This document shows positions 19,895 to 29,370 of a stretch of DNA of 64,000 bases, piece by piece. This stretch comes from a bacterium (GTDB taxonomy: Bacteria > Patescibacteriota > Minisyncoccia > Phycocordibacterales > UBA918), in NCBI GenBank assembly GCA_043719295.1, contig JAYSUD010000012.1, positions 26,790 through 90,789 on the forward strand, in the 5' to 3' direction. The first letter of the stretch is position 1, and every line of letters starts with the position of its first letter. A program made the translations under genes and the position numbers. The notes beneath the pieces were generated by a model, which made no database searches, was not told the origin of the DNA, and saw nothing but the letters and a program-made list of their open reading frames with translations.

Positions 19895-21163
19895 CTACAT
19901 AAATGATTCTGGCACAGGGAATCGTTCACAAAGTTCCTGTACTACTTTCTGAAGCTCTGCCTTTTTTGCTGTGTCGTCTTTATGTCGCATTGTTTCAATC
20001 ATGAGCTTTGCAAGCTGTGTTGCCTCCCCTTCTTTCATGCCTCTTGTTGTCATTGCCGGAGTTCCAAAGCGAATACCTGACGGATCCATTGCAGTACGTT
20101 TTTCGTCAGCAATCATGTTTTTATTAAGCGTAATCCCAACTTCATCAAGCACTCGTTCTGCATCACTTCCTGTGATACCAAGTGAACCGTATACGTCAGC
20201 AAGGAGCATATGGTTATCTGTCCCGCCACACAAAAGTCGAACGCCCTCTTCTTTGAACACAACTTCCATAGCTTTTGCATTCTTTAAAATCTGGGCTGCA
20301 TAGACTTTAAATTGCGGTGTAAGTGCCTCACCAAACGCAACTGCCTTAGCTGCAATCTGATGCATGTGTGGACCTCCTTGCATACCCGGGAAAACTGCCT
20401 TATTTATTTTCTTCGCAATTTCTTCATTATCTTTAACCAAAATCATCCCCCCTCGTGGCCCACGAAGTGACTTGTGAGTTGTCATAGTCATCACATCAAA
20501 CCCGAAGTCGAACGGATTTTTTGCAACCCCTCCTGCGATAAGTCCCGTGATGTGCGCAATGTCTGCTACTGCGTACGCACCAACCTCACGTGCAATTTCT
20601 ACAAACTTTGCATAATCAAGTTCACGTGTGTATGCAGAAAAACCAGCAAGGATAATTTTTGGCTTGTGTTCAAGTGCAGTTTGTCGGAGTGCCTCATAAT
20701 CAATTTCGCCAGTTTCCACATCCTTCATCTTGTACCGCACAAAGTTAAATACTTTGTTAATAGCGGTAGTTGGGTGCCCATGGGTTAAGTGCCCTCCGTG
20801 AGAAAGATCCATTCCAAGTACTGTGTCCCCTGGTTCCATCAACGCAAAGTACATCGCGACGTTTGCTGCCGCTCCTCCAAGTGGTTGCACATTCGCAAAC
20901 TTACAGTTAAACAATTCTTTTGCACGTTCTATTGCAAGTGTTTCAACAATGTCCGTGTACTCCTGCCCTCCATAATATCGCTTGCCTGGATATCCTTCTG
21001 AGTACTTGTTGGTAAAGATTGAACCATTTGCTTCTAAGACCGCCTTTGAAACATAGTTCTCACTTGGAATCAGTTCTATCCCCCGTGCTTCGCGTGCTTC
21101 TTCCCCAAGAAGCGCATCATACACTTCTTTGTCTTGATTCTTGATGTAGGTATATTCATTCAT
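19895..21163 (-). CDS. glyA: Serine hydroxymethyltransferase
   Basis: LIPSENY, NKYSEGYPGKRYYGG, GGHLTHG, TTHKSLRGPRGG. Confidence 0.97.
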   Translation of the reverse strand: MNEYTYIKNQDKEVYDALLGEEAREARGIELIPSENYVSKAVLEANGSIFTNKYSEGYPGKRYYGGQEYTDIVETLAIERAKELFNCKFANVQPLGGAAANVAMYFALMEPGDTVLGMDLSHGGHLTHGHPTTAINKVFNFVRYKMKDVETGEIDYEALRQTALEHKPKIILAGFSAYTRELDYAKFVEIAREVGAYAVADIAHITGLIAGGVAKNPFDFGFDVMTMTTHKSLRGPRGGMILVKDNEEIAKKINKAVFPGMQGGPHMHQIAAKAVAFGEALTPQFKVYAAQILKNAKAMEVVFKEEGVRLLCGGTDNHMLLADVYGSLGITGSDAERVLDEVGITLNKNMIADEKRTAMDPSGIRFGTPAMTTRGMKEGEATQLAKLMIETMRHKDDTAKKAELQKVVQELCERFPVPESFM

Positions 21164-21239
21164 ATCTAAAAATAGTTACGTAATATATTTTGGTGTAATA
21201 AAATCAACTCAATTCTGAAAAAGGATTAGATCATAGGAA

Positions 21240-21581
21240 TTATCGATTATCTCCGCTTCCTCCTAGTTTAGCACGGTCCATTCTTGAGTACAGTTTTTCG
21301 ATATTCATCGTTGCCACCTCCTCTAACGTGAACCCAAGTTCTGTTGCTAGTTGCGAGATATACCAAAGGACGTCACCAAGTTCAACAGCAACTGGCATTT
21401 TTTGCTCAGAAGTTAAATCGGAAACCGACGTAAATTCAGTATCACGAATAAACTTCTTAATTTTATCTGCAACTTCTCCTGACTCCCCCGCAATCCCAAG
21501 TCCTAAGTACGGCAAGTTGTCGCCAACATTCGGATACTTTGCAGTCACGCGCGACTTTTTCTGATACTCATTAAAATCCAT
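21240..21581 (-). CDS. MazG-like nucleoside triphosphate pyrophosphohydrolase
   Basis: LGIAGESGEVADKIKK..ELGDVLWY..NIEKLYSR..GSGDNR. Confidence 0.9.
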   Translation of the reverse strand: MDFNEYQKKSRVTAKYPNVGDNLPYLGLGIAGESGEVADKIKKFIRDTEFTSVSDLTSEQKMPVAVELGDVLWYISQLATELGFTLEEVATMNIEKLYSRMDRAKLGGSGDNR

Positions 21582-21715
21582 ATAGAAAGAGTATAGCATT
21601 TCCAATTTTTGAAGGAAAAAGAGAGCTATTGCAAAGAGCAAATATATATGGTCTTATTATCGCAGACTAGCAGATCCCCGACCAATCCGAAACCCCTGCT
21701 TTGAAGGAGCATGAC

Positions 21716-22258
21716 ATGAAGGTGGTACGCAAGGGCGATGGTGGTATTCGTGAAGCGACGCCAGAGGAAGAGTTCTGCTCTACCCTCCCGTTTGACTTCG
21801 AATACTACTGCAAGCTTCGCACGAGTATTGAGGCTGAAGAGAACGACTTCGTGATTCTCGATCCAGTCCTCAATCCAATCCTGTTTCAGAACAAGTATTG
21901 GAAGCTGACTCCAAACAGATTTGCAAACACCCGTCCTTGCTCGGTGATGCTTTTGATCATCTCGAAAGAACCATGGCGCAGTCTCGGGGACGTCGACGAA
22001 AATGCCTGGCGGGCGTTTTGGAGGATGATGAAGTGGGTTAAAAGCCGCTATGATCTGCCAGGAGGTATACTTTTCGTACGTTTTGGCGACATGCGCCTGA
22101 ACGCTGGAACAATCATGCATCTTCACTGGAATCTCTGGGTTCCAAGTGGCGCAGGCCCCTTGTCCGTCCCCATCTTCAAGAGCAAAGCAGAGCGCGACAT
22201 CGACAATGCACGGGCTGAAGCCTTTGCATTGCGCTACGAAGCTGGCGAACGCGCCTGA
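21716..22258 (+). CDS. HIT-like protein (GC-rich paralog)
   Basis: YWKLTPN..RFGD..AGTIMHLHWNL; AAGGAG SD; hairpin terminator near 22282-22310. Confidence 0.7.
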   Translation: MKVVRKGDGGIREATPEEEFCSTLPFDFEYYCKLRTSIEAEENDFVILDPVLNPILFQNKYWKLTPNRFANTRPCSVMLLIISKEPWRSLGDVDENAWRAFWRMMKWVKSRYDLPGGILFVRFGDMRLNAGTIMHLHWNLWVPSGAGPLSVPIFKSKAERDIDNARAEAFALRYEAGERA

Positions 22259-22406
22259 ATCGCAGAAAACCACACCAATGAAAGGGGCACGCCATACGGC
22301 CTGCCCCTTTTCCTATTTTCCCTTTGTATTGTGTAATTTTCTTTCCCCTCCTTCTCTTCTATCCACTTTGTTATACTAGAGACATATTCAGCTTAATTTG
22401 TTTCTC

Positions 22407-23297
22407 ATGAAAGCATACGCAGATCGAACTGTAGACACGCAATACCACGACCTCCTTACCCGAATCCTTGAACAAGGACGTGACGTCCATCCTATTCAAG
22501 GAGAAAAGACACGAATGGTCATGGGGCACCAAATGCGATTTGATATGCGTAATGGATTTCCGCTCATTACTGAGCGAGACATGTCAGGACCATTTTTAAA
22601 AGCAGCACTTGGTGAACACATCGCATTCTTAAATGGTGCACGCACACAAGAACAACTGGAATCATTTGGTTGCAAGTTCTGGGACCGATGGGTTACTAAA
22701 GAAAAGTGTGACATTTTTGGATTACCCGAAGGTGACTTAGGAAACGGTTCGTATGGTGCCGCATGGACGAGCTTCCCAACGCTCGAAGGAACGCACTTCA
22801 ATCAAGTTGAACACCTTGTAAAACAAATCAAAGAACGACCCTACTTGCGTACCCACGTCATGACGCCGTGGATACCGCAGTACGTACTCCAACACAGTGA
22901 ACTCAAGCGAAGTACGGTAGTGGCTCCCTGCCACGGATGGATTCACGTTCTTTGTTTTCCTGAGACAAAAGAAATTGCCATTCACCACTTTCAACGAAGT
23001 GCTGACGCTCCCGTTGGACTACCCTTTAACATGGTGCAGTATGCCGCCTTTGGAATGATGGTTGGACAACTAATTGGCTACGAAATGGTTGAATACGTAC
23101 ACACGCTTTCTGACGCACACATCTACGAGAGTCAAATTGAAAAAGTAAAAGAACTTCTCACACGAGAACCCAAGAAACTTCCAACTATGAAACTTGTAGC
23201 GCCGGGAATTGAAAATATTACCGACTTCCGCCCAGAGCACTTTGTGATTGAGGATTATGAGCCTCATGCAAAAATGCTAATCCCAACCCCTGTCTAA
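22407..23297 (+). CDS. thyA: Thymidylate synthase
   Basis: GFPLIT, GDLG..YG..W, APCH, QRSAD..GLPFN, DAHIYE. Confidence 0.92.
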   Translation: MKAYADRTVDTQYHDLLTRILEQGRDVHPIQGEKTRMVMGHQMRFDMRNGFPLITERDMSGPFLKAALGEHIAFLNGARTQEQLESFGCKFWDRWVTKEKCDIFGLPEGDLGNGSYGAAWTSFPTLEGTHFNQVEHLVKQIKERPYLRTHVMTPWIPQYVLQHSELKRSTVVAPCHGWIHVLCFPETKEIAIHHFQRSADAPVGLPFNMVQYAAFGMMVGQLIGYEMVEYVHTLSDAHIYESQIEKVKELLTREPKKLPTMKLVAPGIENITDFRPEHFVIEDYEPHAKMLIPTPV

Positions 23298-23314
23298 TTT
23301 TCTATACTCATTTT

Positions 23315-23752
23315 ATGGCTGATGAGCAACTACTCAACTTCGACAACGCACGCGACCCTGTCCAAGTTGCTAATATGAAAAAAATTGAGGCAGAGGGATT
23401 CTGTCCATTTTGTCCCGAACACATGAAGAAATATCACACACCGCCAATTCTAAAGACTGGTGCGTATTGGTATGTAACTCCAAACATGTACCCCTATGAA
23501 CACTCTCTTCATCACTTCCTCATTATCACCAACGAGCACGTGTCAAATTCTAAAGACCTTTCAAAAGAAGCGTGGTTAGAACTCCAAGAGCTCACCAATT
23601 GGATAATAGAAGAACACAAAATTGAAGCAGGTACATTTCTAATGCGTTCAGGTGACATGAGCAAAACAGGATCAAGTGTCCTCCATTTACACGGACAATT
23701 AGTTGTTGGTCCGGGGGATAATCAAAGACCCGTAATGACCCGAGTCGGATAG
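23315..23752 (+). CDS. HIT-family protein (HxHxQ, GalT/Ap4A-phosphorylase branch)
   Basis: CPFC, TPNMYPY, HLHGQL. Confidence 0.85.
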   Translation: MADEQLLNFDNARDPVQVANMKKIEAEGFCPFCPEHMKKYHTPPILKTGAYWYVTPNMYPYEHSLHHFLIITNEHVSNSKDLSKEAWLELQELTNWIIEEHKIEAGTFLMRSGDMSKTGSSVLHLHGQLVVGPGDNQRPVMTRVG

Positions 23753-23874
23753 TAAAATCCAAAAACGGCACACTTCTTCGTTGTACTACGTAAAATATTC
23801 CTCACTGTACTAAAAGTACACCTCGTCTTATTTTACTTGCACGCCTCGAATTGCACTCGTTTATTGAATTTTGC
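23752..23874 (-). repeat. Family A structured repeat (copy A1)
   Basis: AAACGGCACACTTCTTCGTTG..CCTCACTGTAC..GTAC..TCGAATTGCACTC; matches A2, A6 and A7. Confidence 0.85.
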
Positions 23875-23897
23875 ATGCTTGAGCAAGAAAAAAACAA

Positions 23898-23930
23898 AAA
23901 ATGTGCGACTTTGTAAGTCGCACATTTTTT
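23898..23930. terminator. Bidirectional terminator
   Basis: AAAATGTGCGACTT-TGT-AAGTCGCACATTTT between convergent genes. Confidence 0.7.
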
Positions 23931-24771
23931 ATTCTCCTAGTTTCTCTTTAACGAGGATTATCTCAACTCCCGAACCTTTGAGAATCTCTTCTGCATCTAA
24001 AAGTGAGTAGCCTTTCTTGTAGAACACTCGTGCGACCCCTGCCTCTACAAGTGATCGGGCACACGTAGGACACGGAAACGTAGTGACAAATACATCAGCG
24101 CCTAAAACTGCAATACCTAATCGTGCTGCTTTTGCTAATACCGATGCTTCAGCATGAATAGAAGTATAGATTCCCGCTCCTTGTCCTGCATCAAAGTTAC
24201 TTCGCGGATCACCATTGATAGTAAGTGCATGTTGACTTGGAAAATGTGCGTTGTATGAAAGCGCCACAATCTCCCCTTCTTTCACAATTGCAGCTCCAAT
24301 CTGACGCCACCAATCAGGGCTTTTTTCTGCCTCTTTTTCAAGTAACGCAAGCGTTGTATTTTCAAAATCTCCATGTGAAACAGTTCTATCTTCAGGAACT
24401 GTATATTCTGTGGCTGAAAGTTTCTGAGTCCAACGTAAAAATGTATTTATTTTTTCTATTTGTACCTCTGGAGCATATCTCTCCAAGAAAAAATCTGTAA
24501 TCTCGTCTTCAGGAACAATGAGCGATTCGTACGATGAAAATGCTTCCACCATTTCTACTGGCTTCACGACAGTCACGTCTGTGTACCCATGCACCGCTAA
24601 TTCTTTCTGTATAAGATGCGCGTTAAGTGCGCGAGCATCACGTTCAAGGTACGCATTCTCTTTTTTAGCTTCTTCATTATCTAAAAGTAAAATCGGGAGA
24701 TCTTTATACGACTCCAGGAATGTGAGTGTATTTGAGTGTATGACTGGGATATATGCAAAAACCGCTTTCAT
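23929..24771 (-). CDS. dCMP deaminase-family protein with an N-terminal extra domain
   Basis: RQIGAAIV, IHAEA, TTFPCPTCAR; extra N-terminal region of about 135 aa. Confidence 0.88.
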   Translation of the reverse strand: MKAVFAYIPVIHSNTLTFLESYKDLPILLLDNEEAKKENAYLERDARALNAHLIQKELAVHGYTDVTVVKPVEMVEAFSSYESLIVPEDEITDFFLERYAPEVQIEKINTFLRWTQKLSATEYTVPEDRTVSHGDFENTTLALLEKEAEKSPDWWRQIGAAIVKEGEIVALSYNAHFPSQHALTINGDPRSNFDAGQGAGIYTSIHAEASVLAKAARLGIAVLGADVFVTTFPCPTCARSLVEAGVARVFYKKGYSLLDAEEILKGSGVEIILVKEKLGE

Positions 24772-24777
24772 ACCTTC

Positions 24778-25350
24778 TTACTTCGACTTAATTTTGTTAA
24801 GTACGTTTTTTACAATTTCTGGAATAGCGCTTGCGAGTTCATTTGCAAGCTGATCAGCGCCAAGCATACTCACCTCGTGTACTCGAGCGGTTGTTGAAGT
24901 AGTCGATTGTGGAGGTAATACCGTCACTTCCCCACAGTATGCTGCAAGTTCGGTACTTACCGCAAAGTCCTTGGTTGATTCAGACGCAATGTATACATCA
25001 GGCTCAATTGACTGAATAAGAGCTTCAAGTTCTTTATCAACATCGCGCAATACGACGTAATCAACGTGCCGTAAGTGCAATAACATTTTTATACGCTCGT
25101 CTTGTGGCACTACAGGACGTCCGTCTCCTTTACGCTTCCGCGTTAACGCATCAGAATCAACTCCGACAATTAAAACGTCTCCATGTTCTTTTGCTTTTTC
25201 TAAGTACTGTGCGTGTCCTACATGAAGCAGGTCGTACACCCCTTGGGTGAGTACAATTTTTTTGCCATCTCTTCGAAGCACATCCGCATGTACACGTAAC
25301 GCACTAAAATCTTTAAAATAACGCGGGTCTTTTTCTAGGTCAGTAATCAT
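24778..25350 (-). CDS. Cytidylyltransferase-like (HxGH) nucleotidyltransferase
   Basis: GVYDLLHVGH, GVDSD, KGDGRP..ER, STTST. Confidence 0.88.
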   Translation of the reverse strand: MITDLEKDPRYFKDFSALRVHADVLRRDGKKIVLTQGVYDLLHVGHAQYLEKAKEHGDVLIVGVDSDALTRKRKGDGRPVVPQDERIKMLLHLRHVDYVVLRDVDKELEALIQSIEPDVYIASESTKDFAVSTELAAYCGEVTVLPPQSTTSTTARVHEVSMLGADQLANELASAIPEIVKNVLNKIKSK

Positions 25351-25361
25351 TGAAATATCAT

Positions 25362-25485
25362 TAGGACTTACAGAAACAAGTGCAATTCAAGACGTACAAG
25401 TAAAATATGACGAAGTGTACGCATAGTACAGTGAGGAATATTTTATGTGGCACAACGATGAAGTGTGCTGTTTATGTATGTCCTA
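25362..25485 (+). repeat. Family A structured repeat (copy A2)
   Basis: TAGGAC..GTGCAATTC..CGAAGTGTAC..GTACAGTGAG..GAAGTGTGC..GTCCTA. Confidence 0.85.
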
Positions 25486-25503
25486 TAGTATACTGCATGA
25501 ACT

Positions 25504-26013
25504 ATGACAGACAAAATTCCGTTAGTAATTGTTGCTGCAATAAGCAGAAAAACGCGAGCCCTTGGTAACAAGAACGAGCTTTTGTGGCATATACCTGAGG
25601 ATTTGAAACGTTTTAAAGAAAAGACATTGGGACATCCCGTTATTATGGGACGCAAAACGTTTGAATCTATTGTCACCATACTTGGGAAACCGCTTCCAAA
25701 CCGAACCAATATTGTCGTAACTCGTAACCCAAACTTTACTTACGAGGGAGTACTCATTGCTTCTTCGCTTGAAGACGCCCTCACAAAAGCTCGAGCACTT
25801 TCCCCTTCACAAATACATATCGGTGGAGGAGCCGAATTATACAAACAAGCACTTCCTTATGTTGACGAACTCTATCTCACGTTAGTTGATGATGAAAAAG
25901 ATGCAGATACTTTTTTCCCAGAGTTTGAAAATTTATTCAAAAAAAAATCAGAGCATGAACTACAAACTCATAACGGCATCACCTACCAGTTTGTAGACTA
26001 CATACTAAAATAA
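25504..26013 (+). CDS. folA: Dihydrofolate reductase
   Basis: LLWHIPEDLKRFK, IMGRKTFES, PLPNRTNIV, IGGGAELY, DTFFP. Confidence 0.96.
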   Translation: MTDKIPLVIVAAISRKTRALGNKNELLWHIPEDLKRFKEKTLGHPVIMGRKTFESIVTILGKPLPNRTNIVVTRNPNFTYEGVLIASSLEDALTKARALSPSQIHIGGGAELYKQALPYVDELYLTLVDDEKDADTFFPEFENLFKKKSEHELQTHNGITYQFVDYILK

Positions 26014-26070
26014 AACTAACGATGAGGGCGAATCGCTTTCGCAATCGCCCTCATTTCCATTCCCCTCCAA

Positions 26071-26571
26071 CTATATCTTCCACTTCTTGAGCTTTGCGAG
26101 CTTTCGAAGTGCTGCAACATAAAACTTACGCGAGACAAGCGGAGTGTCAACATGTCCTTCTATATAAGCAATTGCATCAGCAATCTGGCGCACTTGAAAA
26201 TCATAATGACTCACATCTTTTTCTGTTACCTCGTGCAATTCTTTTAGATATACAGCGAGGACATACACGCGTTTACCTTTCCAGAAAGGTTTAGTTGTAG
26301 GAAGTATGCCGATTTTTAGTATAGGTGATTCGCGTACCTTTCGGACTTTGAGCACTACGCCATGGAGTTCCTCACACACCTCCCTTACAAATGCCTCATG
26401 CAGTTTTTCATCTTCATCAACACCACCACCAGGGAGAGATGCTCTTCCTTCACGATGGAAAAAGAAGATTTCTCGTTTCTTATTATAGAAGAATCCTTTG
26501 ATAGTAACCCTAAGGTTTTTCCGCTGTGAATCTTTAATTTCTGAACGTGTAATGTTGCTTGGTCTTTTCAT
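26071..26571 (-). CDS. NUDIX hydrolase
   Basis: LPGGGVDEDEKLHEAFVREVCEELHG Nudix box; GGGAGG SD. Confidence 0.8.
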   Translation of the reverse strand: MKRPSNITRSEIKDSQRKNLRVTIKGFFYNKKREIFFFHREGRASLPGGGVDEDEKLHEAFVREVCEELHGVVLKVRKVRESPILKIGILPTTKPFWKGKRVYVLAVYLKELHEVTEKDVSHYDFQVRQIADAIAYIEGHVDTPLVSRKFYVAALRKLAKLKKWKI

Positions 26572-26719
26572 CTGCCCCTCCCTCACTATCTGTTCTCTTG
26601 CTTCAGGAATTCCATGACTGTTATAGCATAAGCTACTTAAAAAACAAAAACCCCCATATCGACTTTCGATACGAAGGGAGTCATAGGAGGGCGCAACGCG
26701 CCCTCCATATTGTTATTGA

Positions 26720-27166
26720 TTAAATTAATCCGATTACCTGTAGCTGAAGCAACACATGACGAGGATCATTCTCAAGAACCTTCTTGAGAGCTTGTTTGAC
26801 CTCTCTTTGCTGTGGAGCATCACTCAAGGGCTGTAGCCATGGGCCATTCATCTTTTCTGGAATGCTCATATCTTGAGGTATCACAACATAGAAGACATGA
26901 AGGTCTTTGTATTCAGAACCTCCTTTGAGCTTAAATTTTTTCAGATAGATAAGCTCCAGTCCAGACTCTAGCCTAAGACAACTTCCTAGTCTTAGTGCTG
27001 TATTTGTTAGACCTCTTTTAGAGAGTTGATCTTCTCCTGGGCAGTATTTTTTGAAGTAATCCGGAGAAAGCAGGAGTGGTCCGTTTTCATCGATGAAAAC
27101 AACCCATACTCGATTCCGACGCGCTTCACGTACACTACGCAGTTTTTGTACAAACTTTTTAATCAT
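26720..27166 (-). CDS. Hypothetical protein (possibly degenerate NUDIX fold)
   Basis: 148-aa ORF with AAAGGA SD and a downstream GC hairpin. Confidence 0.55.
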   Translation of the reverse strand: MIKKFVQKLRSVREARRNRVWVVFIDENGPLLLSPDYFKKYCPGEDQLSKRGLTNTALRLGSCLRLESGLELIYLKKFKLKGGSEYKDLHVFYVVIPQDMSIPEKMNGPWLQPLSDAPQQREVKQALKKVLENDPRHVLLQLQVIGLI

Positions 27167-27290
27167 TTGAAGGTTCCTTTGGTTGTTTTGTTATTACAAT
27201 AAACCGTGCGCCTCAGGCACATATACTCGTAAAGATCTTGAACTATTCCCTAAGACGACTGAACTCGTCTTTTCTTACCAAAAGAGCGAT

Positions 27291-27328
27291 ATATACAAAA
27301 AGCAGGCATATGCCTGCTTTTTGTATAT
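27291..27328. terminator. Perfect 38-bp palindrome, likely terminator of the rplK transcript
   Basis: ATATACAAAAAGCAGGCAT|ATGCCTGCTTTTTGTATAT. Confidence 0.65.
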
Positions 27329-27370
27329 CTTAGTCTAAATGTACTCAGACGTTAATTTACTTCACTCTAA

Positions 27371-27630
27371 AAACTTACAGTTTCAGTACACCTTGTCAGG
27401 ATTCTGTCCGACATTCGTCTCTAGAATCCTAGGCAAGGTCGGTAAGAGTGATATTAAATCACTCTTACCTCATACAGAGGCTGTATACCTTTTGGCTATT
27501 CTATTTCGGTTTCACCTCATAGAATTGCTCAAAAGCTCGGTGAAAGTGCATCAAAGCACCTTCACTCCTTACAGGAGCAGTACACCTTTTGGATAGATTA
27601 TTTCGCAAAGCTCATAATCTACCTCAAAAG
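27371..27630 (-). repeat. Tandem array of three family B hairpin modules 3' of rplK
   Basis: Units at 27371-27438, 27468-27535 and 27565-27630: long hairpin, TRTAC, 2 nt, 4-bp stem with a TGTAW loop; separated by spacer hairpins. Confidence 0.85.
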
Positions 27631-27645
27631 CTTCGTTAAAGTAAT

Positions 27646-28071
27646 TTAGATTACTTTAACGCCCATGCTTCGACAAGTACCCTCGATGATCTTCATAGCA
27701 GCTTCGATTGTCGCTGCGTTGAGGTCGGGCATTTTTATTTCTGCGATAGCTCGGATTTGGTCTTGTGTGATGTCCCCTACTTTAGAAGTAGCATTCTTTC
27801 CTGACCCTTTCTCCTTTCCAATAGCCTTAAGAATAAGACGTGATGCTGGAGAAGTCTTAAGGATAAATGAGAATGATCGGTCGTCAAATACAGTCAGTTC
27901 AACTGGCACCACCTCACCCATACGAGACTCACGAGTTTGCTCGTTGAATTGATTTACGAACTCACCAATGTTGATTCCCGCTTGTCCGAGTACTGGCCCT
28001 AACGGTGGAGCTGGTGTAGCTTTACCTCCTGTTGCCTGTACTTTAATCTTTTTTAATATCTTTTTTGCCAT
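27646..28071 (-). CDS. rplK: 50S ribosomal protein L11
   Basis: [34 protein letters not shown]. Confidence 0.98.
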   Translation of the reverse strand: MAKKILKKIKVQATGGKATPAPPLGPVLGQAGINIGEFVNQFNEQTRESRMGEVVPVELTVFDDRSFSFILKTSPASRLILKAIGKEKGSGKNATSKVGDITQDQIRAIAEIKMPDLNAATIEAAMKIIEGTCRSMGVKVI

Positions 28072-28215
28072 GTTTTTTAATTATTTTTGTTGGTACACCA
28101 TTGCTCCATATGCAATGTTAACGTATACCTTGAAGCGTCGCTATACTACATAATATAAGGGCTTTTAGCAAGGATACGCGAATTTAGAATGTCTAATATT
28201 GGAATGAGGATGCTT

Positions 28216-28337
28216 AAAACTTTTTAAATTGGATGAATCGCGCGAAGCCTAGGTATTTTGAGAAAGAGCCGTAGTAGCCTACGGTGATTGAGCAAAATGC
28301 CGTAGCGACAAAGCGAGTCGCCGATTTTAAGAGCTTT
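28216..28337 (+). repeat. Family A structured repeat (divergent copy A3) abutting the nusG stop
   Basis: CGCGAAGC..GAGC-CGTAG/CTACG-GTGA..GCGACAAAG. Confidence 0.7.
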
Positions 28338-28881
28338 ACACCTTTCGGATTTGAAGAAAGTCTAATTCAACGGGTGTCTCCCTCCCAAAAATAGAAACCA
28401 GCACTTTAACTCGTCCACTTGCTTCATCAACTTCTCCTACCTTCCCTTCTACATCCTTAAACGGACCATCTGTAATAATGACTACATCATCTTGTGCAAA
28501 GTCGAGCTGATGTTTAACCAAACCATCGTTCATTCGTTTCATGAGTGCTTCGTACTCGGATTGAGCTAGCGGCACTGGTTGCGTTCCACTTCCAACGAAC
28601 CCTGTAACACGAGGAGTGTTTCGAACAATGTACCAAGACTCGTCATTTACAATCATGTCTACAAGTACGTATCCTGGATAGATTCGTTCTTCTTCAGTAA
28701 TACGCTTTCCTCCTTTAACGCGAATCTTTTTTTCAGTTGGAACAACTACGTCAAAAATCTGTGTCTCCATTCCAAGAGAATCAATACGTTGCTTGAGGTT
28801 ACGTGCAACTGCATTTTCGTACCCTGAGTAGGTGTGAATTGCATACCAGTGACGCTCACCGTCTGTTTGTTGTTTAGCCAT
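28336..28881 (-). CDS. nusG: Transcription termination/antitermination factor NusG
   Basis: WYAIHTYSGYE, PGYVLV, TPRVTGFVG, FGRETPVELDF. Confidence 0.98.
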   Translation of the reverse strand: MAKQQTDGERHWYAIHTYSGYENAVARNLKQRIDSLGMETQIFDVVVPTEKKIRVKGGKRITEEERIYPGYVLVDMIVNDESWYIVRNTPRVTGFVGSGTQPVPLAQSEYEALMKRMNDGLVKHQLDFAQDDVVIITDGPFKDVEGKVGEVDEASGRVKVLVSIFGRETPVELDFLQIRKV

Positions 28882-28892
28882 ACGGTATTAAA

Positions 28893-29075
28893 TTAACGAA
28901 CAATGTAGTTTAGAAGTTGTGTAAAAAGGTGATCAAATCCACCCAAGAAAAGAGCAGTGAATGCTGATACACCGATAACCAGTACCGTGTACGTAATTGC
29001 CTGCATTTGTGTTGGCCATGTTACGTGCTTCATTTCTGCTGCAGTATCACGGAGATAGTTTCCTAGTCGACTCAT
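28893..29075 (-). CDS. secE: Preprotein translocase SecE
   Basis: EMKHVTWP followed by a TM; upstream of nusG. Confidence 0.93.
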   Translation of the reverse strand: MSRLGNYLRDTAAEMKHVTWPTQMQAITYTVLVIGVSAFTALFLGGFDHLFTQLLNYIVR

Positions 29076-29220
29076 GAAATTGTAATTAATTGAATAAAAT
29101 TGTTGGTTTAAAAAAACACCCTTTCGGGAGATTTATTCTATTATACCATGCATTATAAAAATACACAAAGGGCGACATGTTGTCGCCCTTTGGGGTTTTT
29201 ATAGTCGCTTCAGATGTGTG

Positions 29221-29370
29221 GAGTTAACTTAACGTTCGAGACGTCCAGCAGTTTCCGCCGAGCTTTAGTATAGAACACAGCTAGCGCTGAGGTTCTATAC
29301 TACGCTCTAGGGCAAGGCGGAAACTGGGACGGAAATTCGTAATAGTCGCTACGCTCGTTTACTCATTTCA
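29221..29370 (+). repeat. Family C structured repeat (copy C1)
   Basis: CGTTCGAGACGTCCAGCAGTTT..ACAGCTAGCGCTGAG..AAACTGGGACGGAAATTCG..GTCGCTACGCTC; matches 38272-38422. Confidence 0.85.

Noticed and set aside
22407-23297. Phage-type dCMP hydroxymethylase (base-modification system)
   Set aside because: It keeps the dUMP-specifying Asn (GLPFN), sits with folA and glyA, and no phage genes are nearby.
27371-27630. CRISPR array (three units with ~97-bp period)
   Set aside because: The shared part is short and variable, the intervening sequences are self-complementary hairpins, and no cas gene is present.
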